From the IMG/VR virus record IMGVR_UViG_3300044625_001067, positions 1 to 64,000 of that record: 64,000 bases of DNA, one strand, 5' to 3'. The position numbers and the translations under genes are program-made. The notes below the pieces were generated by a model, which worked only from the letters and a program-made list of their open reading frames with translations, did not search any database and had not been told where the DNA came from. Shown one piece after another: positions 11,301 through 23,188 of the stretch; position 1 is the stretch's first letter; the number at the start of each line of letters is the position of its first letter.

Positions 11301-13455
11301 AGTTACAGCGAACTTCACCAGCCATGGCCGTCACCCCTTACGCCCTGCTTCCCACCTTTGAGCGGGACTACATTATGACTGAGATTCTTCGCTACAACGA
11401 CGGCAAGGAGGTCGTCAGCAAAACCGCTGTGTGCCGCCTGACTGTAAACCGCGCCGCAAGCGTTACCCACCTCCCCGGCCACAAGCACGGCAGGGTTAGC
11501 TTCTGGCTCGATCACGACCCACGCATTGTTGCCGTCTCTTACACCTACGCGCTGGCCTGACCCACGGCTCGCCGGGGCTCCCCGGCAGCAATCCACCACC
11601 AATGACACCCTCAGATTTAATCGCCATGCCTGCCACTATTCCCGCCATCACTGGCCAGCCGACCCATGAGTTTAACTTTGATCACTGCGTCTACCGGGAG
11701 TTCTGGGCTGGAGAGTACCCTTACTCTAGTCATTGCCGCGCTCAGTTATTGGGACTAGACGGAACAGTTGTAAGAGAGTTTCATTTCTCAACGACCTTCA
11801 ATCGGCTCCCGACCGATGCCGATTGGTGCAAATGGTGGGCTAGGGATTACATACCAGCCGATGCCACCATTGATACTGTCGTGGACATGTGGACGCGCCG
11901 AGGAAAGACCGCTGAAGAACTGATGGCGACCTTAGGTAAAGCCGTAGAAGCAAAAAGAGCAGCAATATCCAGAGACAAAAGACCGCTGTTTTCGTACAAA
12001 GGCAATGCTTTACGCAATGAATGGCGTAAGATTTACGAAGAAAAGAAAGAGTGCAGAAGGTTTTTGGCACATCAGGGCCATTTGCTACAGCAGTTTTTGA
12101 CAGGTGGCAAGAATTATTTGCCTGGGAGCTTTTGACCCCAACCCCCGGCTAACCCCAACCCGCCAGACGCCGTGAGCTTGGCATCCCATCCCATTGCATC
12201 TCAACCATGGCCCAGCCCATCCCCACCGTTGCCGACATCCTGGCCAGCACGTGGCTTGGCGGCGATCTCCATGAATGGAACACCGACGCTGCCGTGATCC
12301 GCATCACCCGATCCGAACTCCGCTCGGCCCTTGAGAATGCCTACGACTCACTGATGCCCAACTGGCCCGCCATGGTGGAGATTGACGATGCCTGACCCCA
12401 CCATGACCACACCATCCGAACTGTTTACGCACCCACGCCCGCGCTGTGTCGTCACAACTGTCTACAGCGATCCCGCTGTCAGCTTGACCGTTCAGGCATG
12501 GCGCCGCGAGCTATGCTCTTACTACCTGCTATTTCGGATAGCAAATCAGTATTCATTGACCCTTAACGAAACTGCGGTTTTTTATTTTTTCCGCAGATTT
12601 CCAGACTGGTATATTCAGCCTCCAGGAGGCTGGGCCAAGCACACTTGGAACCCCGCCACCGATAAGCGGGTGTCGGCACAAGCGCTCGCCGTCGTAGAGG
12701 CTTGGCTGGCCGAGCAAGAGGCCAATGCCTGACCCCACCTGGCGCGACCACTGCCGCCCAATCATTACCGCCGTGATCCAGCGGGTCGGCACCGAGGACC
12801 GCAAAACACTGCAGCTGGCTCTGGACGCTGCCTACCCCCGCGACCGTGGCCGCGTTTGCTGCTTGACAGGCAGGGACGACGCCTACGATGTCTGGTGCGA
12901 TGAGGTCAGGCGCCAGCAGCTCTCGCTTCTGGGTGCCGAATGACACCTGGTCCTACCGGTGCCGATCTCCAGCGTCGGTGCCACGCCAGGGATTAGTGGG
13001 TCGTGGTCCAAGGGCGGTTTCCCGTTTGCCCTGGGGCGGTTTACCCCTTGTTTCTGCCCCGCAGAAACGGTATAGTAGTTACAGCGAGTCAGTTCAGCAC
13101 TGGCTCAATCGCGATTTCTAACCCGACCCTTTACTCTGAAAATGGCAACCACCTACATCAACAAAGCTCAACGCCAGACCTTGATTGATCAGTTCATGGA
13201 GTGTTGGTTTGACACTGAGAGTTATTCCACCGAAGACGCCGCAGAGGAAGAGGGTCGAGAAATGCGTGCTGAACTAGAATCCCTGAACAACAGCCAACTT
13301 ATGGCTGAAATTAAGAAAAGTGAATGGTCGATCTTCACGTTAAACGGTTGTTCCATCTAAGGCGGATCCCCCGTCTCACCTTTCCCCGTGAAACACCCTA
13401 AAGTAAGTAATGTGAACTTGACCATCCACCCCTCCACCCATACCTATTAAACACC

Positions 13456-13896
13456 ATGCCAGCCAACGACACTCAGGTAACACCAGTTCCTCACCTATGG
13501 GAAGTCAGTCACCCTTACTACTGTAACTTAGGAAACTACTACGCCCCTGGTGGCGCTAAAGGTTACCGAGAGTACAAGTCTATAGCCGACTTCCTGGTTG
13601 AAGAAGGCGATAGCGACATGGACTACAATCTTGTATTTCGATGGGACTGGGTGGAGGATCACGAGGAGGACTCCGAAGGGGCGCCATTTCCGCACGTGGG
13701 CGACGACAACTACCGCAACGGTAAGCTGTTCCTCTTCATTATGCAGCAACGCAGAGGCTTATACGAGTGGATTGAGATTGAAGTTTGTAGGGCTGACGAG
13801 CCCGCTGTTATCGCCTACCTGACTCCCAGGTGGGAACACATGAAAGCACTGTGGGAGCCACTTGGCGGAGCCTGCTCGAACGCACCCCTAAATTGA
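13456..13896 (+). CDS. conserved phage hypothetical protein
   Basis: 'HLWEVSHPYYC...DMDYNLVFRWDW...QQRRG' pattern. Confidence 0.6.
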   Translation: MPANDTQVTPVPHLWEVSHPYYCNLGNYYAPGGAKGYREYKSIADFLVEEGDSDMDYNLVFRWDWVEDHEEDSEGAPFPHVGDDNYRNGKLFLFIMQQRRGLYEWIEIEVCRADEPAVIAYLTPRWEHMKALWEPLGGACSNAPLN

Positions 13897-15497
13897 GTCT
13901 TGTGTGGGGCGGTTTCCCGTTTGCCCTAGGACGGTTTACCTCCCTGTTTCTGCAGGGCAGAAACGGTATAATAAATACAGCGAAACGACCCCGGCAGTGA
14001 CCACCCTCCAAAATCTGAGCCACGACGACACTCACAACCGTCCGACCCAGTACGAAATCGTGGTGGTTATCGACGGTGAACGGATTCTCGCTGGCTACTC
14101 GGCAAAGAAAACAAAGAAGGCTCTGCTCACCGTCGCACTCGACAACGATGATGTCCGCCTCCAAATGCTCGCAGCTCTTCCCGCCGACGACGCCTCAACC
14201 CCAACCTACACCGCTCGCAACGGGTGGGTTCTGGGCAACTCCGTCATTCGTTGGTCCGGTGGAACACTCCGTCACCCTGCCCTTAGTTCTTGACACAACC
14301 GCTTTAACTCGTTAGAACCCATTTCCAACTACCATGATTGAAGAAGCACTAGCCAGTTTAGACTGGGCACCATCCGGTTCCAAGTACATACTGGTCTCAG
14401 ACAACTCTGACGGTAGACGACTGCCGTACATTGGCCCTTTCTCTTCGCTCGCAGCCGCGTCCGACTGGCGCAGCGATGCTGAGAGGCAAGGGGTTATTTA
14501 CGCAAATCGCTACCACTTGAGAGCTCTACAGGAGCCCCAACCCCTGGAAGAATCACCGGCACTGACCAACTCTGCCGTCACTGACCTGCTAGACTATACT
14601 GACATCGGGAACGGTTACCACACTTGGCTCACCGAGGATGGCCCCATCACTGTCACTCGGGAAGAACTGCGCCGAGCTTTCGACAACGCCTACGACCCGA
14701 ACGAGCCGGACTGGGCGATGAGAGTGAAAATTGACGATTCCACTGTCCCCCTACGTTTGCTACCTTGAACTAGCATGGAAATCAACCTGCCCTACGTTCC
14801 CTTTCTGTCCTCCGACGTCCCGTTTAAGGGGAGGGTCTATCGCCCTAGGGGGCACTTTATTCAAATGCAAGTTATCGGCCCCATCTGGTGGGCTGGCGGG
14901 TACTGCTCGTCTCCCGAAATTGCTCGTGTAATTAGTGACCGTTTAAACGCCGCTTCCAAATCGACCCGTACAACATGATTCAAGCGTACGAAGACCTTTG
15001 GGGCGGTTTCCACCCCCTGTTTCTGCTCGGGAGAAACGGTAAACTAAGTGAGTTAAAAGGCATCCCACAATGACAGTCTCTGCTTCCGTGCTACTTTCAA
15101 TACTGTGTAAAGCCAAGGAGCTTGATGTTCGGGTAGTGTTTGATACCCGTGAGGAGTTCGGACGCTACAACGTAAACTTTCACTTCCCGGATCGCTACAC
15201 TGTCGATAAATGCTCCCTGAATCTCTTTAGTGAGAACATAGGGGAGGTAACCTTTGAGCAGGTGGCAGAAAGCCTCCTTTTAAGAGAAGATTCGCTGAGG
15301 CAAATAGAGCTGGACAGACAAGACAGCGAGAGGAAAGAGCTTCTGGAGCGGTTAAACCTATCCGACAAAGACAAGGAGTTACTTGGGTTGCAATCCTTGC
15401 CTGGCCATTAGACGGCAGGGTGGGCGGTTTCCCGGCTTGCCCTTTCCGCCAAACCACGCTATGGTAGTTACGGTGAATCGACCCCATCCTGAATCTT

Positions 15498-16262
15498 ATG
15501 GAAAAACTTTTAGTTGAAGAAATCAGCCTCACCATGGTGAAGATCCCGTCAGGCAGCTTTTTGATGGGCTCTCCTGAGGACGAGCCGGAGCGATCAGACG
15601 ATGAAGGCCCCCAGCATGGAGTGACGCTGGGCGCCTTCTGGATGGCCCAAACACCGATTACCCAGGCCCAGTGGCGGACGGTGGCGGATTGGCAGAAGGT
15701 AGAGCGTGACCTGGAGCCCGATCCATCGAATTTCAAGGGAGCGAACCGTCCGGTGGAGCGGGTGTGCTGGTTTGATGCGCAGGAGTTCTGCCGCCGCCTG
15801 AGCCAGCGCACGGGCCAACGTTACGTGCTGCCGAGCGAGGCGCAGTGGGAATACGCCTGTCGTGCCGGCAGCAGCACGCCGTTTCATTTCGGGGCCACGC
15901 TGACGCCAGATCTGGCCAACTACAACGGCAATCACGTTTATGGAAATGGCCCCAAGGGCACTTATCGCGAGCAGACTGTTGAGGTGGCCAGCTTTGCGGC
16001 CAATGGCTGGGGCCTGCATGACATGCACGGCAATGTCTGGGAGTGGTGCGCAGACCATTGGCATTACAGTTACAACTTCGCCCCTGGTGATGACCAACCC
16101 TGGCATATACCTGCCGCTGCTGATGATGAACCAAGGCTGCTGCGCGGCGGGTCGTGGGTCAACTTCCCCAGGTACTGCCGCTCGGCTTACCGCTTCATCA
16201 ACCACCCGGACTTCCGCGGCCTCAACGTCGGTTTCCGCGTCTGTTGCCTCCCCCAGGACTAA
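15498..16262 (+). CDS. formylglycine-generating enzyme (FGE-sulfatase/SUMF1) domain protein with DGR-type variable region
   Basis: 'FLMGSP', 'LPSEAQWEYACRAG', 'NGWGLHDMHGNVWEWC', 'LLRGGSW...CRSAYR...VGFRV'. Confidence 0.92.
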   Translation: MEKLLVEEISLTMVKIPSGSFLMGSPEDEPERSDDEGPQHGVTLGAFWMAQTPITQAQWRTVADWQKVERDLEPDPSNFKGANRPVERVCWFDAQEFCRRLSQRTGQRYVLPSEAQWEYACRAGSSTPFHFGATLTPDLANYNGNHVYGNGPKGTYREQTVEVASFAANGWGLHDMHGNVWEWCADHWHYSYNFAPGDDQPWHIPAAADDEPRLLRGGSWVNFPRYCRSAYRFINHPDFRGLNVGFRVCCLPQD

Positions 16263-16987
16263 TTCTTTACCCTTAAACCCTTTATATCTTTACACTTCAG
16301 CTGTTGGCTGTGTGAAGTTGGGCGGCTTTCCGCCCCCTGTGAACCGGTTTACCCCCTTGTTTCTGCGGTGCAGAAACGGTATACTAAATGAGTTGAAAGG
16401 CACTCCCCAATGACCTCACCCACAAAGTCTCTCCGCCCAACCATCGCCAACTTGGCCGCAGGTCAAATTGTACGCGCTGGATACAGTTACCATGGCGACA
16501 CATCCGGGGTCGTCAAATACCGTTTCATAGGCTTCAGGTACAACGACACATGGTTCAGCAACTTGAGGGATCTTAAGAATTTCATGGGTGCCACGACTCT
16601 TGCGAGCCTAGAACAAGCAGCCGAACGCAGGGGCACGGAGTCAATACATGCTGGGTTCAAGAGTGAGCAGGGTGAGTACCAGTGGGAAGCCTACCTCTGG
16701 AACGGTGCCTTCCAAGTTGGAACGAGTGCCGATCGCCTTTTGCTCAGGGCTGCCTAACCTCCTTATCTTTGACCTTGGCTATTATGGAACCAACCATTCT
16801 CCCCTACCGTGTGTGCAGCAGCGTTGGCGCCGAGCACGCTATCCTTGCACTGTTTTTGAACCGACGACTGGCCTACCGGTTTCGGGACATTCTCTGGTCA
16901 GACTAACCCGCTTGGGTAGCTAATCCGCCCATCTGGGTCGAGACCCTGACTCCGGAAGGGTGGCTGCGCGACCCTGACTGATAAGTT

Positions 16988-17043
16988 CCCTCAGCAAACC
17001 TCAGCAAACCCTCAGCAAACCCTCAGTAATCACACAGCAAACC
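16988..17043. repeat. short tandem repeat (CCTCAGCAAAC)n
   Basis: Three to four imperfect 10-11-bp copies. Confidence 0.7.
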
Positions 17044-19210
17044 TATGGGCAATTCAGGCAGGTCCGTCTACGGTGATCCCTTTGTACCAAGCACCTATAA
17101 CTGGGTCAGGGAAGGAGAAGTAGCTGTTGTAACTTACGGAGACACCGACGGCACTCGGTTCAGCATTCGCTACACCAAGGGGGCACTCCGACAGGCTCTC
17201 GTAGAGATTGAAAACAACTGGCTTCAGGGCAGTTCGTGGTTCTCCTGTGAACAGTCCTATGAATCCCTCAGAGCTTACTACCTGGCTGGCGGACAACTCT
17301 TTTCCTGGTAGCATCTCCGCTTTGGCTAGGACCGGATAACCGTTTGCTTAAGGGCGGTTTCCCGGCTTGGTTTCTCGAAGGAAAACCGGTATATGTAACT
17401 GTGATTACAGTTCACTTCAACTCTCCTATGCAAAACCCTTTCTCACCTGCAGCGGAAATCCTCCGACTCGACATTAACCCTGTGGACACGATTCACCACG
17501 AGGGGATGGTTTACACAGAGGTTAGTGGGTGCGACATATGGCTCGTACAGGGTTCCGAACCAAACCAGTTCTACGTTTCTAATGCGTTGGGGGTCCGTCG
17601 TTCGCAGATACGAGAGGACCCTACTGACGCGGTTCTCGACTTACTGGAGCTAGACCCAACGTTGTTAGGCCGCTGTAACACTTTCTTCCCCCGTACTAGT
17701 CCTGGCCCTGAAAACTTTCAACTTATCCCATCCGACTATGACTTTCGACTCAAAGACACCCTTTGATATTACGGTAGAGCTCTCAAAGGAGCAGGTTGAG
17801 CATATTGTCCAGGAAGCAATGCTCGAAAAGTTCCGAGACTACAACGTTGCAAAAGTTTCATTTGTGATCGGAACTGAGGAGGATCGAATGGGGTACACCA
17901 CCGGTCACTACCTTCGAACTGCAAAAGTTTCTCTGAGTAATAATCTGGGATCTGCTTCAAATGGACGTTGAACGTCAAACCTTGATGAGGAGCGAAATTA
18001 GCAGCGAAGTGGTACAATGACAATCCTTGCAAATTTCTCTTCGAGAAAACAAGCCGGTAAACCGTCACAGAGCAAGGGGTTGGGCCAGTGAAAGACGTAA
18101 CATACGTGAAGCTAAATGAGATTTGCAACCGTCACGAGATCACCCAATCCGCACGAGCAGAACTCCGAGAACTTTTCCGAGGTGTAATGAGCAGAGCAAA
18201 CTCAGACGAAGCCTTCCTTCGAGATTCCCTTGAAGACCGAGCAGAGCGTCAGCGACACCAAGACACTTCCTACCAGGGAAGTTGGTGAGTTACTCCGAAA
18301 GCCCACTCAACAAACAGTAAGATGGAAACCAAACGAGAAGGACCCCACCTCCACTTAACAGCAGATTGCTACGGGTGCCGATACGTGACTAGCGAGCAAT
18401 ACCGCTGCCAAAGCGACAGCGGGTCCGATGTTTATTGTACGCATCCCTCGTTTGAAACACGGCGCAGCATAGGCGACACTCGCTGGGTTACACCGGACTG
18501 GTGCCCCTTTGCAGCCCCAATGCTTTCCATACGAAAGCAACTTGAATCCCCCAAGTAACTTGAGTCACTCGTTGAGTCACTCGCAAACTCACAACTCAGC
18601 AAAATGACAACTCCCGCCGCAGCTGCCCTCTACCTTGCGCAGCACAACCTTACGATGGAAGGACGCAAAGTCGCAATTTTCAATCCAAACTCAAGAGACC
18701 TTGACCAGCTACCGGTAATCTTTGGTTTCAACAACGGTGGCTCTAGCGGATTCCTCGAAGGTGTTCTAGTGTCTGAAGATGGCACTTTTCTGGGCTCTCA
18801 CGCTTGCAGCAATGAAGCCTACATGTACCACGACCTTGGGATCTTGGAGGGTACTCGACCCGACCGCCACGAAAGGTTCCAAGAGCATTATCCGGTCGGG
18901 TACCGCATGGAGTTTGTCCCTTATGCGGACCTAAAGGAGCATACCGGACTCAATAAAGCCTTAGCTTTGCTCGACGCCAAAGGGGGACTGAATGCGTTTT
19001 CCTCCTATGATCCCTAAGAGGCTGGCTAACCGTTTGTTCTAGGGCGGTTACCCGGCGTGTTTTTCGAAGAGAAAACGGTATACTTAGTTTTTGGAGGAAC
19101 TCCTTCACAATGGCCAAGCTCCCCAGCACCGAGTTCCCTTACCACACGCAAAGCCGCTGGAACAATGCCCAGATACTTGCCCCTTAACAACCACCCTTAC
19201 ACACATTCCG

Positions 19211-19981
19211 ATGGTAACCCCCAAAGAAACACCCGTCCAGTTCACTCTCGACATGGTCAGAGCCACACAGGCTGGCCTAAAGACACAGATGCGGATTGTG
19301 GTAGACCCGCAACCTGACTGTGGGAGTGGGTGGGAGATGCACGAAACGGACGCCACAGGAATGTGGTTTAAACCCCGGTCAGGCCCAGTCTACCCTCTTA
19401 TACCCTGTCCACTCGGAAAGCCGGGGGACCGACTTTGGGTGCAAGAGATATGGGCTGCGCGACATGAGTACGATCACTGCAGCCCTACTGAGATACACCC
19501 CGGCACCCCGATTTGGTACAAGAGCGACAAGCAAGGTGACACCTTAGGAGGAGTCGGTTGCTGGCGACCCGCAACATCTATGCCCCGGTGGGCCAGCCGT
19601 TTAACCCTAGAAGTTTCCTCTGTGAGAGTGGGATTGCTACAGGGCCTCACCGAGGTTGATGCTGCTGCCGAAGGCGTGATTGAAGACTTTAGACCTGTGG
19701 CGGATAAGTGGGATCTGTGTTCCTTATATCGCAACGCTTATCGTGAGCGTTGGGTGTCCCTCCACGGCAAGGAATCGTGGGACGCTAACCCGTTTGTGTG
19801 GGTGGTTGAGTTTTCACCAATCGCGACAAGCAACGAACAACCTGACTTTCGGTCCTTGTGCGCCGAGCTTCTAACTGAGCTTCAGTTTATGAGAAGGGCG
19901 ATAGCGGACGAAGTCGGCTACCCGATCCCCCTTTCTCCCCTTGAAGAAAGAGTCAGTGCGCTCCTCCACAACGAGAACTAA
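19211..19981 (+). CDS. ASCH/PUA-like phage protein with appended C-terminal module
   Basis: 'GLKTQMR', 'CPLGKPGDRLWVQE', 'SMPRWASRLTLEV', 'SWDANPFVWVVEF'. Confidence 0.7.
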   Translation: MVTPKETPVQFTLDMVRATQAGLKTQMRIVVDPQPDCGSGWEMHETDATGMWFKPRSGPVYPLIPCPLGKPGDRLWVQEIWAARHEYDHCSPTEIHPGTPIWYKSDKQGDTLGGVGCWRPATSMPRWASRLTLEVSSVRVGLLQGLTEVDAAAEGVIEDFRPVADKWDLCSLYRNAYRERWVSLHGKESWDANPFVWVVEFSPIATSNEQPDFRSLCAELLTELQFMRRAIADEVGYPIPLSPLEERVSALLHNEN

Positions 19982-20476
19982 GCGTGTTGTCCCATATGGG
20001 CGGATAACCGCTTGCTCTGGGACGGTTTACCGGCTAGTTTCTGCGTCGCAGAAACGTTATAGTAAGGGATGGAAAAGTCCCTAAGAAACTCGTCTTAACA
20101 CAATGAAAAACGTCCAACAACCTAATTTCCGCGATCTGTGCTCCAGACTCGCTGACGAGCTGCATAAAGAGACGTGTCTCTACCCCGGTTACGCTAGAGA
20201 GTCGGTGAGAGAGGCTGATAAGGCCCTCAAACAACCTGCTCTTCAGGTGAGCCGTGGGGAAGTATCTTCCCTATACTATGAACACGGTGGTAATGACTGG
20301 TATGAGGGGTTTTCCTGTGAAGACTTCGAGCGTGCTGTAGGCACTCTTCTGGCTCGTCTCGGTTATGTTGTAGTTTAAGAAGACGGATAACCGCCCCTGA
20401 AGTGGGCGGTTTACACCCTTATTCCACTCAGGCGAAACGGTATAGTAAAGGGGTGGAAAACACCGCCCCCAACCCG

Positions 20477-20731
20477 ATGCAAACTCCTGAAGCCGTTGCC
20501 CTCGCCGCCACCATTCAGCTTCATGGCGAAATGCTCAACGACGAGTGCTTCGCCGGCTAAGATGGTGACAAGGATGCTTTCGACATTCTCTACCAAGAAG
20601 TCTTCGTGATTGCACGCGACGATGTTACTCTTGAAGTTGACCCGGTTAACCAAGTTGTTGACATGTTTTACGAGTACCATTCGGAAATCTGCGACGGCAC
20701 ACGCGAGGTCGACTGGTACCTCTATCGCTGA
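20477..20731 (+). pseudogene. small ORF interrupted by in-frame TAA
   Basis: ATG 20477 follows promoter copy at 20383; TAA at 20558-60; frame stays open and protein-like to TGA 20729-31. Confidence 0.6.
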
Positions 20732-22270
20732 GTTCTCACCGATTTCACTCTCTAGTTAACAATCAACCAACTCTTGAGAAAATGGAAAACCTTTCACCTG
20801 CCCCCGACAACACTCTCGACGACCCTTTCACCTCGTACCTTGAAAACGAGCTGCTAAGCTCTGAGGACGAAGGCGACCGAGACAACGAAGATTGCTGAAC
20901 TTTCCCACCCAAACCCACTCTAGGACTGTTACCATCATGAAACCTTCCGAAACCTACTACATTGGAGACCTTGGATACGTTATTCAGGGTGGCGCATGGG
21001 ACGAGGTTTGTAACCTCACCTTCCCCTGTATCGGTGAAGAACGCGAAGGAAGAATCGTGCTCAAGGATGGCCGAGAGCTTTTCATCTTCAGTACAGCTCA
21101 CGGAGACGGCGAGTTCAAGGACCAGTTTGGTAACACCTACGGTGTAGACTCTGGCACACTCGGGGCAATCCGCGTTGAGGATATTCGGGATGACACTCTG
21201 ATCGAGCTAGGGTGTTTTCACACGTTCGACCAACCACTTTCGGACGCTGAATGCTGCAGCGTAGAAGGCGTTGTCACCTTCGGTCACATACACATTGATA
21301 CCGATCCTCTGCAAGATGACGAGGAGGATTACTTGGATGAAGACTGGTACGTCGAAGACGACGAAGACGAAGACGAAGACTGAGCAATATTCCAAGGTAA
21401 GGGGCGGTTTCCCGGCTTGTCTTTCCCTGGAAAAGGCGCTATACTTAGTTCACTCGCCCCTTTCAGCCATGCTCTACGAAGAAAAGTACCCAGACGGACT
21501 GCAAATGAAGCAGTTCAAATGGGTTGCGGGCAATAAGTATAGTCATAACTACTATTTAGGGTTTGACAATGACCTGCTGCTGGCCGAGAGTGACGATGAC
21601 GATACAACTGAGTGGTTCCTGGCCCACAACGAAACCTTCCGATACTTGGGTGAGAGCAAGTGCTCCCGTGGAGAACTTCTCGAACGACACGAACAACCCT
21701 GCACTTGAACTGCCAACTTAAGTCATTTCAACCCTGAAGCAACCCCCCCCCCCCCGAAGCAACACAATGAGCACCATTTTCAGCAACTCCCCCGTAAGAG
21801 TGAATCTTACGAGAGCTCAGATAGAAGCGCTAATCAAGCAGGAGGTTGGGCGGTCCTTACCAAACTTCTCCGCAGATGTAATCTCATTCAAAGTTTCCAC
21901 TCAAACTGATATGAGACGCGAGATTTCTGGAACCACTTTTGAAGGTGTTGATATAGTTCTGAAGCCTTCACATCTCACACCATGGGATCGATGACTAAAA
22001 TCAAGCACTTTTCAAAAGTTGAACTCGACCTTGCCTCTGTCAAAGATGCCGTGATTTCTTCTCTGGAGACTCAGTTTCCGGGGCAGAAAGTTACGAGTAT
22101 TCTCCCTTTGTACTCAAGCCCTGTAGGATACTACGAGGACCGTTTTCCCTCACAGAGGGACTTTTCCGGGTTTGATGTTACTTTGGAGCCTGAGGGTTAA
22201 CCTGAAAGATTTCCTCAGGATCTCCACTAAAGGATCCTCAGACAAGCAAACAAAGCATCGGAGAAGCTCA

Positions 22271-23188
22271 ATGAGCACAGTTGAAGACATCCTCAAGCTG
22301 AAAGAGCAACGCAATGCCGTAATCCTGGCCCACTACTACCAGGTTCCTGAAATTCAAGAAATTGCGGACTTTGTTGGAGACTCGCTTGAGCTCGCTCGCC
22401 AAGCTGCGGGAACCAACGCAGACACGATCGTTTTCTGCGGAGTTCACTTCATGGCCGAAACCGCCAAAGTTCTCAATCCGTTAAAAACCGTTTTACTCCC
22501 GGACATCAACGCCGGTTGCAGCCTGGCTGATGCATGTTTGCCGGAGGACTTTGAAAAGTTTCGTGCTGATAACCCCGACCACTATGTAATTAGCTACATA
22601 AACTGCTCAGCAGCAATCAAGGCTCAGAGCGACCTGATCTGCACCAGCAGCAATGCCGTGCGCCTTGTTGGACAGGTCCCGAAAGACCGACCTATTTTGT
22701 TCGCACCGGACAAAAACTTGGGACGATGGGTCGCTGAGCAGACTGGTCGAGAGCTAACGCTCTGGAACGGAAGTTGCCAAGTCCATGAAGCTTTCAGCGA
22801 AGAGGCTCTCATGGAGCTATGGGTGAAACACCCCGAGAGCGAGGTTATCGCCCACCCTGAGTGCGAAGAGGCTCTGTTAAATCTGGCGGATTTCGTGGGT
22901 TCCACGAGTGCTTTGCTCCGCAGAGTGCAGGAAAGTACGGCGGAGTCCTTCATCGTCCTGACGGAACCAGGAATCATTCACAAAATGAAGCAGGTTGCGC
23001 CGAACAAGGTGTTTCTGCAGGTTCCTGGACGAGACGGTTGTAGCTGCAACGACTGCCCCTGGATGAAATTAAATACCCTGGAAAAAGTGCGGAATTGTCT
23101 GCGGGACTTGACTCCCGAGATTAACCTTGAAGAGGGACTGAGACTGAAAGCTTTGCAACCTCTTGAGCGAATGCTTTCTCTTTCTTAG
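22271..23188 (+). CDS. nadA: quinolinate synthase A
   Basis: 'AVILAHYYQ', 'GDSLEL', '[10 protein letters not shown]', 'AGCSLAD', 'YINCSA', 'AHPEC', 'CPWMK'. Confidence 0.97.
   Translation: MSTVEDILKLKEQRNAVILAHYYQVPEIQEIADFVGDSLELARQAAGTNADTIVFCGVHFMAETAKVLNPLKTVLLPDINAGCSLADACLPEDFEKFRADNPDHYVISYINCSAAIKAQSDLICTSSNAVRLVGQVPKDRPILFAPDKNLGRWVAEQTGRELTLWNGSCQVHEAFSEEALMELWVKHPESEVIAHPECEEALLNLADFVGSTSALLRRVQESTAESFIVLTEPGIIHKMKQVAPNKVFLQVPGRDGCSCNDCPWMKLNTLEKVRNCLRDLTPEINLEEGLRLKALQPLERMLSLS

Noticed and set aside
16988-17043. TCAGCAA repeats as further copies of the DUF2828-linked motif
   Set aside because: No flanking stem or A-rich partner strand; looks like simple slippage
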